This document shows, one piece after another, positions 1-9,667 of a stretch of 35,746 bases of DNA. The stretch is from a virus. Its lineage: Duplodnaviria > Heunggongvirae > Uroviricota > Caudoviricetes. The notes under the pieces are model-generated. The model did not search any database and was not told the DNA's origin. It was given only the letters and a program-made list of their open reading frames with translations. The number at the start of each line of letters is the position of its first letter. Positions within the stretch are counted from its first letter, which is position 1. The stretch is from IMG/VR virus record IMGVR_UViG_2563366879_000004, positions 1 to 35,746 of that record; one strand, 5' to 3'. The position numbers and the translations under genes were made by a program.

Positions 1-1362
1 ATGTTTAAACCGGAACTCCTTTCCCCGGCGGGAACGCTGAAAAATATGCGTTACGCTTTCGCTTATGGCGCAGATGCTGTTTATGCGGGCCAGCCGCGTT
101 ACTCCCTGCGTGTACGCAACAACGAATTCAACCACGAAAATCTTCAGCTCGGCATCAATGAAGCCCACGCGCTGGGGAAAAAGTTTTATGTCGTGGTCAA
201 CATTGCACCGCACAACGCCAAGCTGAAAACCTTTATCCGTGACCTGAAACCGGTGGTGGAAATGGGGCCGGATGCGCTGATTATGTCCGATCCAGGGCTG
301 ATTATGCTGGTGCGTGAGCACTTCCCGGAAATGCCAATCCACCTCTCGGTACAGGCTAACGCCGTAAACTGGGCGACGGTGAAATTCTGGCAGCAAATGG
401 GGCTGACCCGCGTGATCCTCTCTCGCGAACTGTCACTGGAAGAGATTGAAGAGATCCGCAATCAGGTGCCGGATATGGAGATCGAAATCTTCGTTCACGG
501 CGCGCTGTGCATGGCCTACTCCGGTCGCTGCCTGCTCTCTGGCTATATCAACAAGCGCGACCCGAACCAGGGTACCTGCACCAACGCCTGCCGCTGGGAG
601 TACAACGTCCAGGAAGGGAAAGAAGATGACGTCGGCAACATCGTACACAAGTACGAGCCGATTCCGGTGCAAAATGTTGAGCCGACGCTGGGTATCGGCG
701 CGCCAACCGACAAAGTGTTTATGATCGAAGAAGCCCAGCGTCCGGGCGAGTATATGACCGCGTTTGAAGATGAGCACGGCACTTACATCATGAACTCGAA
801 AGATCTGCGCGCCATCGCCCATGTTGAACGCCTGACCAAAATGGGCGTGCATTCGCTGAAAATCGAAGGCCGTACCAAATCTTTCTACTATTGCGCACGC
901 ACCGCGCAGGTTTACCGTAAAGCTATCGATGACGCCGCTGCGGGCAAACCGTTCGATACCAGCCTGCTGGAAACTCTGGAAGGTCTGGCGCATCGTGGCT
1001 ATACCGAAGGTTTCCTGCGTCGTCATACCCACGACGATTATCAGAACTACGAATACGGTTATTCGGTTTCTGACCGTCAGCAGTTTGTTGGTGAGTTTAC
1101 CGGTGAGCGCAAGGGGGAGCTCGCGGCGGTAGCGGTGAAAAATAAATTCTCCGTTGGCGACAGCCTTGAGCTGATGACGCCGCAAGGCAACATTAACTTT
1201 ACCCTTGAGCATATGGAAAACGCCAAAGGTGAAGCTATGCCGGTCGCACCAGGCGATGGTTATACTGTGTGGCTCCCGGTGCCGCAGGATCTTGAGCTAA
1301 ATTACGCGCTGCTGATGCGTAATTTCTCCGGGGAAACCACGCGTAACCCCCACGGTAAGTGA
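1..1362 (+). CDS. yegQ: Peptidase U32-family protein YegQ/TrhP (tRNA hydroxylation); host gene on the left flank
   Basis: 453-aa ORF from window base 1; translation recognised as E. coli YegQ (U32 peptidase family, Cys-rich CxxxC region); sits directly upstream of cyaR as in E. coli. Confidence 0.88.
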   Translation: MFKPELLSPAGTLKNMRYAFAYGADAVYAGQPRYSLRVRNNEFNHENLQLGINEAHALGKKFYVVVNIAPHNAKLKTFIRDLKPVVEMGPDALIMSDPGLIMLVREHFPEMPIHLSVQANAVNWATVKFWQQMGLTRVILSRELSLEEIEEIRNQVPDMEIEIFVHGALCMAYSGRCLLSGYINKRDPNQGTCTNACRWEYNVQEGKEDDVGNIVHKYEPIPVQNVEPTLGIGAPTDKVFMIEEAQRPGEYMTAFEDEHGTYIMNSKDLRAIAHVERLTKMGVHSLKIEGRTKSFYYCARTAQVYRKAIDDAAAGKPFDTSLLETLEGLAHRGYTEGFLRRHTHDDYQNYEYGYSVSDRQQFVGEFTGERKGELAAVAVKNKFSVGDSLELMTPQGNINFTLEHMENAKGEAMPVAPGDGYTVWLPVPQDLELNYALLMRNFSGETTRNPHGK

Positions 1363-1446
1363 TTAATTTCGATTATTTTTCCCGGATGGAAAATTCTTAG
1401 AAACCGATCACATACAGCTGCATTTATTAAGGTTATCATCCGTTTC

Positions 1447-1533
1447 GCTGAAAAACATAACCCATAAAATGCTAGCTGTACCAGGAACCACCTCCTTAGC
1501 CTGTGTAATCTCCCTTACACGGGCTTATTTTTT
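1447..1533 (+). ncRNA. cyaR: CyaR (RyeE) Hfq-dependent sRNA; its 3' terminator hairpin contains the prophage att core
   Basis: Sequence gctgaaaaacataacccataaaatgctagctgtaccaggaaccacctccttagcctgtgtaatctcccttacacgggcttatttttt matches the recalled CyaR sequence; 10-bp stem (gcctgtgtaa / ttacacgggc with one G-U) plus U-run at the 3' end; located between yegQ and ogr as in E. coli. Confidence 0.8.
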
Positions 1534-1534
1534 A
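1507..1534. repeat. attL core (28 bp, aatctcccttacacgggcttatttttta)
   Basis: Exact 28-bp direct repeat of 35232-35259; overlaps the cyaR terminator. Confidence 0.8.
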
Positions 1535-1597
1535 CGCGTAATACAATGAAATAAAAGGATTTATTTCTGGTCACGTCCACACATTGACCACATCGAC

Positions 1598-1621
1598 AAA
1601 AAAGCCCCTCGACTGAGGGGC
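1598..1621 (-). terminator. Rho-independent terminator downstream of ogr (minus strand)
   Basis: On minus strand: GC-rich hairpin gcccctc-agtc-gaggggc followed by a U-run (plus-strand A-run 1598-1603), immediately 3' of the ogr stop. Confidence 0.6.
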
Positions 1622-1634
1622 TTCCTGTTTGTAA

Positions 1635-1853
1635 TTACATCCACATAATTTGCTGCCCTGACGGCAACGGGTGCGGTCTTACGGCGTGGACTTCTCCCGG
1701 CTTCACGATGTATCGCTGTACCGACTCATAAGTGATGAACGTGGCGCTGCAATTCACGTTCTGACACTGGTGATAACGCTCTTTTGTCGTGTCAGTGATA
1801 TAGCGGCTTGTACGCGCATGTGCGGCATGCTGGCATAAAGGACAATGAAACAT
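1635..1853 (-). CDS. ogr: Ogr, zinc-finger late-gene transcriptional activator
   Basis: ORF 1635..1916; the internal start giving 72 aa (MFHCPLCQHAAHARTSRYITDTTKERYHQCQNVNC...) matches recalled P2 Ogr; Cys4 zinc-finger pattern. Confidence 0.9.
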   Translation of the reverse strand: MFHCPLCQHAAHARTSRYITDTTKERYHQCQNVNCSATFITYESVQRYIVKPGEVHAVRPHPLPSGQQIMWM

Positions 1854-1934
1854 CGCGAGCACCTCTTCCGGTTTTGTTGATGGTGCCATTTTAGTTAATT
1901 TATCCTTATAAAACAAACAGATAAAATAAAAACA

Positions 1935-3098
1935 TCACTCATCATCTTCTGTTTCGTACTCCACATCAGAAAGCCTGACCTCAAGCTCCAAGGACGTCGT
2001 GAAGCCGCTATTATTCAGAAAATGTGTCACCTTAGTGATTGTCCAGTCCTGCTCGTCTATGACGCGCTTAAAGCCTGACACTCTGACCGGTGTTTCCGTG
2101 TAAATATCTGCACGACCGGTAGCCAGGATGATGGAGAACTCCGCTACACCCCGTTGCAGCTTATCCCACTTCGCCTGAGCGGCACGCATGGCCTGTGCTT
2201 TCGTGGCATATACCGTGGTCAGGGCAAAAACATTGTCAGCCTCACCAGCCATGTATTCACCTTCGCGCGCTTCCGGTACTTTTGGCGCTTTCTTCTGCGT
2301 GACTGGTTTCGCTTTCGGGTGCTCCAGTGCGCGCAGGTGTTTCTCTTTCTTTTTGCGTTTCAGTTTTACCTTCTGCTTTTGCGGTTTCGGGTCTTTGGTG
2401 TGTAACCACTTTGCCGTTACGCCTGTATAGGCTCCGCGGTCAGCAATCGCAAAATGATGACGGTCGCCGTCGCTGCGGGTGATGGTAATCTGCGGGATTT
2501 TTTTACCGCTGGCCGTCACCCCCTGCCCCGCTTTGAGAAACAGCAGTTTTCCCATTTTTACCGACACCTCACCGCCGTTGCGTTCAGCAAGACGGGTCAG
2601 GAATTTCGCATCAGACTCCTGCGACTGGTCGATGTGCGGGATTTTAATTCCTGCCAGTGACGGCGCGACACTGGCTTCCAGCCTGTTACGGGAGGCTATC
2701 GCCTCAACAATCGCACCGAGCGTGGTGTCATGCCAGGAGCCTTCACGGCGGGAATTGAGCGTCCCGCGAAAATCTGCACTCCGGGCGCGGATGGTGACCA
2801 CATCCGGCGCGCCCCGGTGTTCAACCTCATCAACGGTAAATTTCCCTTTGCATACCAGGGCAAAACCTTTCCAGCCGATATACACCGTCAGGACAGCGCC
2901 ACGAACCGGCAGCCCGACCTGCCCGTCGGCATCGTTCAGTTCAATATCAAGCTGGTCAGCCTCAAAGCCCCGGTTATCCGTCAGGGTCATGCTCATCAGA
3001 CGGTCGCTGATATTGCCGGTAATATCCCTGCTGTCGAGCATCAGCATGTAATCCGGCGTCAGCGTACTGCCTGCATCAAATGTCAGCGCGTCCAGCAT
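1935..3098 (-). CDS. D: Tail protein gpD
   Basis: 387-aa ORF, same length and position as P2 gpD; start overlaps the U stop. Confidence 0.88.
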   Translation of the reverse strand: MLDALTFDAGSTLTPDYMLMLDSRDITGNISDRLMSMTLTDNRGFEADQLDIELNDADGQVGLPVRGAVLTVYIGWKGFALVCKGKFTVDEVEHRGAPDVVTIRARSADFRGTLNSRREGSWHDTTLGAIVEAIASRNRLEASVAPSLAGIKIPHIDQSQESDAKFLTRLAERNGGEVSVKMGKLLFLKAGQGVTASGKKIPQITITRSDGDRHHFAIADRGAYTGVTAKWLHTKDPKPQKQKVKLKRKKKEKHLRALEHPKAKPVTQKKAPKVPEAREGEYMAGEADNVFALTTVYATKAQAMRAAQAKWDKLQRGVAEFSIILATGRADIYTETPVRVSGFKRVIDEQDWTITKVTHFLNNSGFTTSLELEVRLSDVEYETEDDE

Positions 3099-3577
3099 TA
3101 TCCCGCCCCCGTCATACCTGTGAATCTGGTCGCCATACTGCCAGCCTTACCAATAAGCGACTCCGCCTGTTTACCGATATCGCCATAAAGCGCGGCCAGT
3201 GATTCATCAACGCGGGTGAGTGACAGCGTAAAATCAATTTTCCGGGGTGTGCCGTCTGCAAAGAAAATACTCCCTGTTTCACTCACCCTGCTGATGACAT
3301 ACATGCCATAAATCATGCCAGTGCCATCCAGCAACGGCCACGCCCGGCCTTCCTCTGCCATCAGCCTGAGCGTGGTCATCGTCAGCTTGCCGCCGGTCAG
3401 TTCGGGATAAAGCACGCCGGCAAGCGTAATGTTTTCCTCACCCACACCGAGAAACTGAAAGGCATCCCGTTTACCGATACGGGAATTTGACGGCCAGCGA
3501 TAATCTGATTCACGCTGCATGGTCTGGTGTGGCAGCGTCTGGCGCATAAAAACAAACATACCTAACGCGAGCATCAT
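3098..3577 (-). CDS. U: Tail protein gpU
   Basis: 159-aa ORF, P2 gpU length and synteny. Confidence 0.88.
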   Translation of the reverse strand: MMLALGMFVFMRQTLPHQTMQRESDYRWPSNSRIGKRDAFQFLGVGEENITLAGVLYPELTGGKLTMTTLRLMAEEGRAWPLLDGTGMIYGMYVISRVSETGSIFFADGTPRKIDFTLSLTRVDESLAALYGDIGKQAESLIGKAGSMATRFTGMTGAG

Positions 3578-3591
3578 TTTTCGTCACCTCC

Positions 3592-6039
3592 TTAACCGTC
3601 ATGCATCATGCTGGCACGGGCGCGCGCACGTTTATCCCGCTCGTATTTTTCGAGCGCATCCTGTAACTGGCGGTCAAGCTGTGTCCCCGGCGCAGTACCA
3701 CCCGTCAGGCTGATGTGATATTCGTTTTTACTCTGGTCCACATAAGAGCGGCCAGCCGGTGCCGTAACCGGATGATAAGCCTGATAACCTGCATAAGAGC
3801 TGGTCGCCGGAATATAACCACCGCTGTCATACGTGGCGGCTTGAGTTCTGGCGGCGGTCTGGTCAAGTGTGTCTGACTCTTTGTTGATAACACCGAGTTT
3901 TTCCAGTACCCAGTCAATTCCGCTGCGCAGTTTGTTGAACGCATTAAGCGGCAGCATCAGCGCGTCAGCCAGTGCCTGCCCGAACATGACGCCAGTATCA
4001 CGGCAACGGTTCAGGGTGTCCTGGGTGGCTTTGACCGGGGCAATCAGGTTTTTAAACCACTGCCACGCGGCCTGTAACTTTTCGCCCAGCCAGTCAAACA
4101 CCGGCTTAAGTGGCGTGAACAGTTCCCCCACCGGCGCAAATGCCGCTTTCAGCCCTTCCATCACACCGCCAAAGAATGCGCTGACAGGCTCCCAGTATTT
4201 ACGGATAAGCAACGCCCCGGCGACAATGGTGGCCACCACGGCCACAACCGGCCAGCTAATCGCCCCGATGGCGGTCATAACAGCACTGCCAACCGTCGTG
4301 AAGACTGCCCCCATTGCGCCTGCTGCCGCGATGATGGCATTGATGCCGGTGATAACCGGCCAGGCTACAAGACCAATTGCACCGATGATGCCAGTAAGCG
4401 CCAGTGCGCCACCGACAATGAGGCCGATGGTTGACGCCAGTGATTTGTTTTTCTGGATCCAGCCGTCGAGTTTTAACACATACTTTGTGGCCGTCTGAGT
4501 GAGCTTACGCAGCGCGCCTTCCTGCTGGTCAAACAGGTCAGTCCCCACCGCCTCATAAGCGGACTGAAACTCCTTAAAGTCACCGCCGAGGTTGTCCTGC
4601 ATGATATTTACCAGCTCGGCGGTCTTCCCGTCTGAGGCTTTAAACGCAGCGGTCAGTTTGTCCAGCTTTCCGGTTGAGGCGGCAGTCATCAGCACGGCGG
4701 CGGCTGAGCTGGCCTCCTCCCCGAAAATAGTTTTCATGTATTCAGCCTGCTGGGCAGTACCGAGCCGGTTTTTCTCAAAACTGGCCTGCATTTCTTTCAG
4801 AATGGTAAATACTGGTCGGGTGTTTCCCTTGCTGTCTGAGGTTTTCACTCCAAGCTCTTTGAGTGCATCCCATGCTTTTCCCGTCGGTGCCTGCAGGCGG
4901 CTTAACACGGCACGGCTTCCCGTCCCCGCCATTGAGCCTGTGATTTTTGCATCATGCAGCGCCCCGACCATTGCGGCGGTTTCTTCAATGCTGACACCGG
5001 CATTTTTTGCCACAGGTGCGGCATAGGTCAGCGCATCGCTCATGCCGTCAAAATCGGCGGCGGTTTTGTTCATCGTCATGGAGAGAACATCCCCGATATG
5101 AGCGACCTTATCGTTTGAAAGCTGAAAGGCGGATTTCATCCCCATCAACAGGGCGGCGTTTTCTTCCATCGTGCGACGGTTCGCCAGCGCCATATTCAGC
5201 GTGACCGGCGTTGCCGCCTGAATGGCATCAACATCCCCACCGGCTTTTGCAATGATAATCTGCGCACCGGCTGCATCATCCGCCGAGGCGGCGGTGTTGT
5301 CGCCGAGCTGGCGCGCCTGTTTGCGGAGCGCGGCCATTTCGGCGGAGTCTTTTACCACTCCGAGCACAGCCTGTAATTCTGAGTTTTTCTGCGCAAACTC
5401 ATAACCGGGCATCAGCAGCTTAACTCCGGCCATCGTTCCCGCCGCCGCAATCCCCACACCGGCAGCGCCCACTGAGGCCATATCTCCGGCCAGTTCCTTG
5501 CCGGCCTGATAACGCTGTTTGACTGCGTTAAGTTTTGCCTGTTGCGCACTGACACGCGCCAGTGCGTCACGCTGCCGGTTAAGCTGGGCAGTGGTTTCAC
5601 TGATACGGTTTTTCAGTCCCTGCTCATCATGTGCAAGATTGCGGGTATTAATTCCCACAGCGGCCAGTTCCCGCTGCTGGCGTTTAACGGAATCCGTCAG
5701 GCGGTTATATTTCGCCTGTAGGTCCTCCGCCGCTCGCTTTGCTGATTCCAGCACTTTCGCCTGAGCACGGGTCGGACGTTCGGTGTTTTTAAACTGTGTG
5801 GCAAGGGCTTCGGCTTCCTGCCGTGCCTTTTCAAGTGCATGACCAGTCACGGCAAGCTGTGCACTGGTCTTGCGGAATCCCTCAATACGGGATGCGTGAC
5901 CGTTCAGCTCGCGCAGTGATTTTTGTGTTTCCCGGATATCCCCCGACAGCGACTTACTCGCTGTGCGGATGGATTTAAACGGGCGGGATGCCTGGTCAAC
6001 AGCCCTGAGCAATACCTGTAATTTTACATTGTTACTCAT
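3592..6039 (-). CDS. T: Tail tape-measure protein gpT
   Basis: 815-aa ORF; Ala/Gly-rich coiled-coil and hydrophobic segments typical of tape-measure proteins; P2 gpT length and position. Confidence 0.9.
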   Translation of the reverse strand: MSNNVKLQVLLRAVDQASRPFKSIRTASKSLSGDIRETQKSLRELNGHASRIEGFRKTSAQLAVTGHALEKARQEAEALATQFKNTERPTRAQAKVLESAKRAAEDLQAKYNRLTDSVKRQQRELAAVGINTRNLAHDEQGLKNRISETTAQLNRQRDALARVSAQQAKLNAVKQRYQAGKELAGDMASVGAAGVGIAAAGTMAGVKLLMPGYEFAQKNSELQAVLGVVKDSAEMAALRKQARQLGDNTAASADDAAGAQIIIAKAGGDVDAIQAATPVTLNMALANRRTMEENAALLMGMKSAFQLSNDKVAHIGDVLSMTMNKTAADFDGMSDALTYAAPVAKNAGVSIEETAAMVGALHDAKITGSMAGTGSRAVLSRLQAPTGKAWDALKELGVKTSDSKGNTRPVFTILKEMQASFEKNRLGTAQQAEYMKTIFGEEASSAAAVLMTAASTGKLDKLTAAFKASDGKTAELVNIMQDNLGGDFKEFQSAYEAVGTDLFDQQEGALRKLTQTATKYVLKLDGWIQKNKSLASTIGLIVGGALALTGIIGAIGLVAWPVITGINAIIAAAGAMGAVFTTVGSAVMTAIGAISWPVVAVVATIVAGALLIRKYWEPVSAFFGGVMEGLKAAFAPVGELFTPLKPVFDWLGEKLQAAWQWFKNLIAPVKATQDTLNRCRDTGVMFGQALADALMLPLNAFNKLRSGIDWVLEKLGVINKESDTLDQTAARTQAATYDSGGYIPATSSYAGYQAYHPVTAPAGRSYVDQSKNEYHISLTGGTAPGTQLDRQLQDALEKYERDKRARARASMMHDG

Positions 6040-6459
6040 TCGTGTTTCCGCTTCGCCGGAGCGCCTTTTCGCGCCATGTGATGAGTTCGGTCAGGCTCAT
6101 GGGATACAGTTCTGATGGCGGCCAGTGAAATATCACTGCCACATCCGCCATCAGGTCATCGACCGAGAGATTTTTCGGGAACGTCACTGCACCGAGTTCG
6201 GCGACAAAAAACCGACCACCTTACCGGCCAGCGCCACAAGGTCAGGCAGTTCCAGCGCGGCGACTTCCTGCTCGGTCAGCATCGGTGCCGTCATGCGCGG
6301 CAGCACTTTAATCAGTGCATCGACTTCGGAGTTCGCGACTGCAGCCAGACTGACACCGCGCAGCGTCCCGGCATTGGGTTTCATCAGCGTGACCTGTTCG
6401 ATAACCTGCTCACCACGTTTGACCGGATTGTCCAGGGTAATGACGTTTTCTTTGTTCAT
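6032..6459 (-). CDS. E+E': gpE+E' tail assembly chaperone, made by programmed -1 frameshift at the slippery site around 6205-6212; about 142 aa
   Basis: Minus-strand GGTTTTTTG (T6G slippery heptamer) lies 7 codons before the E stop; manual translation of the -1 frame runs open for 57 codons to a TAA at 6032-6034, overlapping the T start; total 142 aa as in P2. Confidence 0.75.
6184..6459 (-). CDS. E: Tail assembly chaperone gpE (zero-frame product)
   Basis: 91-aa ORF ending ...GFLSPNSVQ; P2 gpE length; precedes T. Confidence 0.85.
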   Translation of the reverse strand: MNKENVITLDNPVKRGEQVIEQVTLMKPNAGTLRGVSLAAVANSEVDALIKVLPRMTAPMLTEQEVAALELPDLVALAGKVVGFLSPNSVQ

Positions 6460-6515
6460 GGTTTTCTCACTTCTGAATCGGGGTTAACCGGTCAGCCTGG
6501 CTGACCGGATGAAAA

Positions 6516-7034
6516 TCACAGGCCGATATTGCGGCGGTGTTGCTCCAGCCGGTCGACGCCGTTCACCTTCTCAATCATGTTGATGGTGTCAATTTCGACC
6601 AGCTCCTTACCGTCCATCGTCAGCCGGAAATAGGTGCAGACCACGGAGATTTTCGACTCAGTGTCTTCTCCCTGTTTACCCTCGCCGGTGTCGATTTCTT
6701 TCTGACGTCCACGCATGACCACTTCGACGGCCACCGTTTCGCCGGTATCGTCACGCTGGTAAGAACCAGCAAAACGAATCGGCACGGCATCCACACCGGT
6801 TGCGGCGTAAAGCTCCCAGATAACCGAATCCGGGAAGCCCCCGAGCGACCACTCCATTGACAGCGCATCGTCATCAAGGCCGAGGTCTACCGGTGCGCTG
6901 CCGTTCATCCCCGCACCGCGATAGTTTTCGAGCTTACGGGTCAGTTTTGGCAGCGTGACGGACTTTGCAACGCCCTGATAGCTGTAGCCGTTCAGAAAGA
7001 CGTTCATTAACTTGAGTTTGCGCGGCATTGCCAT
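6516..7034 (-). CDS. FII: Tail tube protein gpFII
   Basis: 172-aa ORF; P2 FII length and synteny. Confidence 0.88.
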   Translation of the reverse strand: MAMPRKLKLMNVFLNGYSYQGVAKSVTLPKLTRKLENYRGAGMNGSAPVDLGLDDDALSMEWSLGGFPDSVIWELYAATGVDAVPIRFAGSYQRDDTGETVAVEVVMRGRQKEIDTGEGKQGEDTESKISVVCTYFRLTMDGKELVEIDTINMIEKVNGVDRLEQHRRNIGL

Positions 7035-7046
7035 CGGTCAAGCTCC

Positions 7047-8237
7047 TTAATTGCTGTTAACCGAGGTGACCAGATTTGCCAGATATTTATCGGTGATACG
7101 CTGGCGCAGGGTCAGGTTTTCGAGAGGAGGCACCGGGGTATAGTCGTAGTCGATATACAGTTTTCCGGCCTTGAGGGTTTCCGCATCGTTGGATTCTTCG
7201 CTGAACCAGCAGGTCGCATCCACGATATAGCCGTTTGTTTTCAGCTCACGGAATTTGGCATTGATGCCGTCAACGATGTCGCGAATCAGCGTTGCGGTGA
7301 TAGGCTTGTCCACCGCCCACATATGCGCCTCAGCCATCGTGTCGGCCAGCACCTGCGCGGTGCGGGTGTAGTTTTCAAAGAGGAACAGCGGGTCATCAGA
7401 GCAGGTACGGTTACCCCAGAAGCGGAAACCGTCACGGCGAATCAGCGTTGTGACGCCTGCCTCGTTCAGCAGGTCAGCATCGGTGCCGGACTCCTGCAAA
7501 TCCCAGAATACAGAGGCGCTGATGCCGGTAACACCGTTTACCCCGACATTGGACAGCGTTTTATGCCAGCCCTGCTCCTGGTCGATTTTAGCGCGCAGAC
7601 CCAGCGCACGGGCGGTGGCATACGCGGTGGCGGTGGTGCTGCTGACCGTATCCCATGCGAGGAAATCCGGCCAGATGACCATCAGCTCACGCTGGCTGAA
7701 ATTCTGGCGGTAGGCTTTCACCTCGGAAATAGTCTTACAGCCCCATGCGCTGATATATCCGAAAGCGCGCAGCTTCTGACAGACGGATGCCAGTGCAACA
7801 GCCACCTCTTTGGTATCCAGTCCCGGCACACCGAGAATACGCGGTTTAACACCGGTTACCGACTCCGCCGCCAGCAGGGCTTTCAGTCCGGTGTACTGAC
7901 CGTTTTCATCGGTGGTGCCGATGATATTGGAAACGGTCTGCGCGAGTTTCGTTTCTTCGTCATCGCCGGTGCCGTCTTCCACGCGCACGACAACGGTGAC
8001 CGGTTTTGACTGGTCGGCGATGGCCTGCAACGATGCCGCCAGCGTGCCTTTTTTACCGGCCTTTGCAATTGCGCTCTGCACATTGGTAATCAGCACAGGT
8101 TTATTGAGGGGGAAGGTTTCCGCATCCGCATCGCTAGCCGTGCAGACCATGCCGACAATGGCAGTGGATACGGTGGAAATGACGCGGGTGCCGTCGTTAA
8201 TCTCCAGCACCTGCACGCCGTGATGATAGTCACTCAT
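7047..8237 (-). CDS. FI: Contractile tail sheath protein gpFI
   Basis: 396-aa ORF; P2 FI length and synteny. Confidence 0.9.
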   Translation of the reverse strand: MSDYHHGVQVLEINDGTRVISTVSTAIVGMVCTASDADAETFPLNKPVLITNVQSAIAKAGKKGTLAASLQAIADQSKPVTVVVRVEDGTGDDEETKLAQTVSNIIGTTDENGQYTGLKALLAAESVTGVKPRILGVPGLDTKEVAVALASVCQKLRAFGYISAWGCKTISEVKAYRQNFSQRELMVIWPDFLAWDTVSSTTATAYATARALGLRAKIDQEQGWHKTLSNVGVNGVTGISASVFWDLQESGTDADLLNEAGVTTLIRRDGFRFWGNRTCSDDPLFLFENYTRTAQVLADTMAEAHMWAVDKPITATLIRDIVDGINAKFRELKTNGYIVDATCWFSEESNDAETLKAGKLYIDYDYTPVPPLENLTLRQRITDKYLANLVTSVNSN

Positions 8238-8662
8238 CCGTTTAACTCCGTGGTTAATGGGTGCAACTATTTTCTGTTGGGCAGAGCATGAGACGCTATT
8301 TGACCTGGCTGGTCAGTGGATGAAACAACAGATAAAGAAAAGGCGGGCAATTCACCCGCCAGTCCTGATTTGTACTCACTCATTTTCCGACTGACAATTT
8401 ACTTAGCCCAAAAGCTTGTCGAATGTCTCAGGGCGTGAAGCGGACATTGCTAACAGCGTTTTATGTGAATTAACAGGGAGTAGGTCAACGTAGCGCTAGT
8501 GGCGTGTATTCTGGCTTAAAGTGTGGAGCAGTTGTCAGATTCAATGCTCATTGCAAAAAATTGTGTTCTAAAGAGGGCTGTTATATGTTATAGGTTGTTA
8601 AGCACCATCGGTGTAAAATACACTTAGAAGTGTCAAACAAGATCGTTCAAAAGGAAGACAAA

Positions 8663-8920
8663 ATGAATAACCAGCAGTTTAGGGATTTTTTGCGCAAAAA
8701 TGCACATATTGTGGATTCCAATTGGAATCCAACAGATGCACAGCTAGATGAAATCAGAGCAGCAATACAGAGAGAACTAGATCTAGGTAATAAGATAAAC
8801 TATAGCGGCCTTCAACATATCATTATTCGCATTACTGGCACTACTAGGGTAATGATATTTGATAGCGTTGATAATAGTGATTTAAACATGCTATTAGCTG
8901 CAGCAACAAAAAAGAGTTAA
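8663..8920 (+). CDS. Hypothetical 85-aa protein, first gene of the cargo module at the Z/fun position (ORF as supplied begins at 8630)
   Basis: ATG at 8663 preceded by AAGGA at 8651-8655; AT-rich; no recognised domain; opposite strand to flanking tail genes. Confidence 0.55.
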   Translation: MNNQQFRDFLRKNAHIVDSNWNPTDAQLDEIRAAIQRELDLGNKINYSGLQHIIIRITGTTRVMIFDSVDNSDLNMLLAAATKKS

Positions 8921-8923
8921 TAA

Positions 8924-9625
8924 ATGGATAATTTGGAAGAAAAGCTTTCTGCGAAGAAAGCTTTGTTTATTTCATCTGTAAGAAAATTTCTCTCGTCTAA
9001 AAACAGAGATAATTTCATAGATTGCATGATCAATGGTACCGCCTATTTCAATGAGGCAGAAAAAATGGTGGGTAATAGTAAGCTACAAGGTAAGCACAAC
9101 GATGGTTTATGGGTAACTGACTTAGCCGAGTCTTGTGAGGCAATACTTGAGTCTTATCTTCTGCATATTGAATTTATCAAGTCACACCATGAAGACATGA
9201 TGGGTGAAAGTTATAAGAAACCAAACCTGCATGCCCTTTCCAGTATGCAAAGAATGGTGAAGATGTATTGTCAGAAAGAATCATCCAGTCACCTGAGAGA
9301 AAGATTCTTAAAAGCTAACTTACCAACAAAGGGTTTTGACGTGGCTCACAGAGACGATATTGATACTGCAAATAAATATATAACATTAGGTATTGGGTCA
9401 GTATTAGTTATAATGTCATTTGCTTTTGCAATGTTCATGGATAATCCTTCGTATTTTAAAATCTTTATAATAAGATCAACTTTTGCTGTTGGCTGTGCAG
9501 CCTTGGCCTCATTTGTTCCTGGATGGATAAACGTTAACGTAAAAGGGTATGTAAAAGCAGGAGGAGCCATTGCCATTATTTTAATATTTTATTTCTTTAA
9601 CCCCCCTGCAATGCTGATTGGCTAA
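8924..9625 (+). CDS. Hypothetical 233-aa membrane protein (soluble N-terminal region of about 150 aa plus about three C-terminal transmembrane helices)
   Basis: ORF starts 4 nt after the upstream gene; C-terminal hydrophobic stretches (ITLGIGSVLVIMSFAFAMF, FAVGCAALASFVPGWI, GGAIAIILIFYFF); AT-rich. Confidence 0.6.
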   Translation: MDNLEEKLSAKKALFISSVRKFLSSKNRDNFIDCMINGTAYFNEAEKMVGNSKLQGKHNDGLWVTDLAESCEAILESYLLHIEFIKSHHEDMMGESYKKPNLHALSSMQRMVKMYCQKESSSHLRERFLKANLPTKGFDVAHRDDIDTANKYITLGIGSVLVIMSFAFAMFMDNPSYFKIFIIRSTFAVGCAALASFVPGWINVNVKGYVKAGGAIAIILIFYFFNPPAMLIG

Positions 9626-9667
9626 ATTCCCTCCTAAATATGTTCTCCTGCTTATTCCTAATTCAAT

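Noticed and set aside
433-1212. 259-aa minus-strand ORF (plus several shorter ORFs at 186-782) inside yegQ
   Set aside because: Entirely antisense to or overlapping a well-supported host gene; no SD; typical shadow ORFs in GC-rich coding sequence.
2154-3188. Plus-strand ORFs of 68-190 aa overlapping gpD
   Set aside because: Antisense to the D gene, which has P2 length and synteny; Ser/Ala/Arg-rich low-complexity translations.
3869-5978. Several plus-strand ORFs (60-209 aa) within the tape-measure gene T
   Set aside because: Antisense shadow ORFs within an 815-aa gene of conserved length; no independent support.
7323-8223. Plus-strand ORFs (87-228 aa) within the tail sheath gene FI
   Set aside because: Antisense to FI; Gly/Arg-rich compositions typical of out-of-frame reading.
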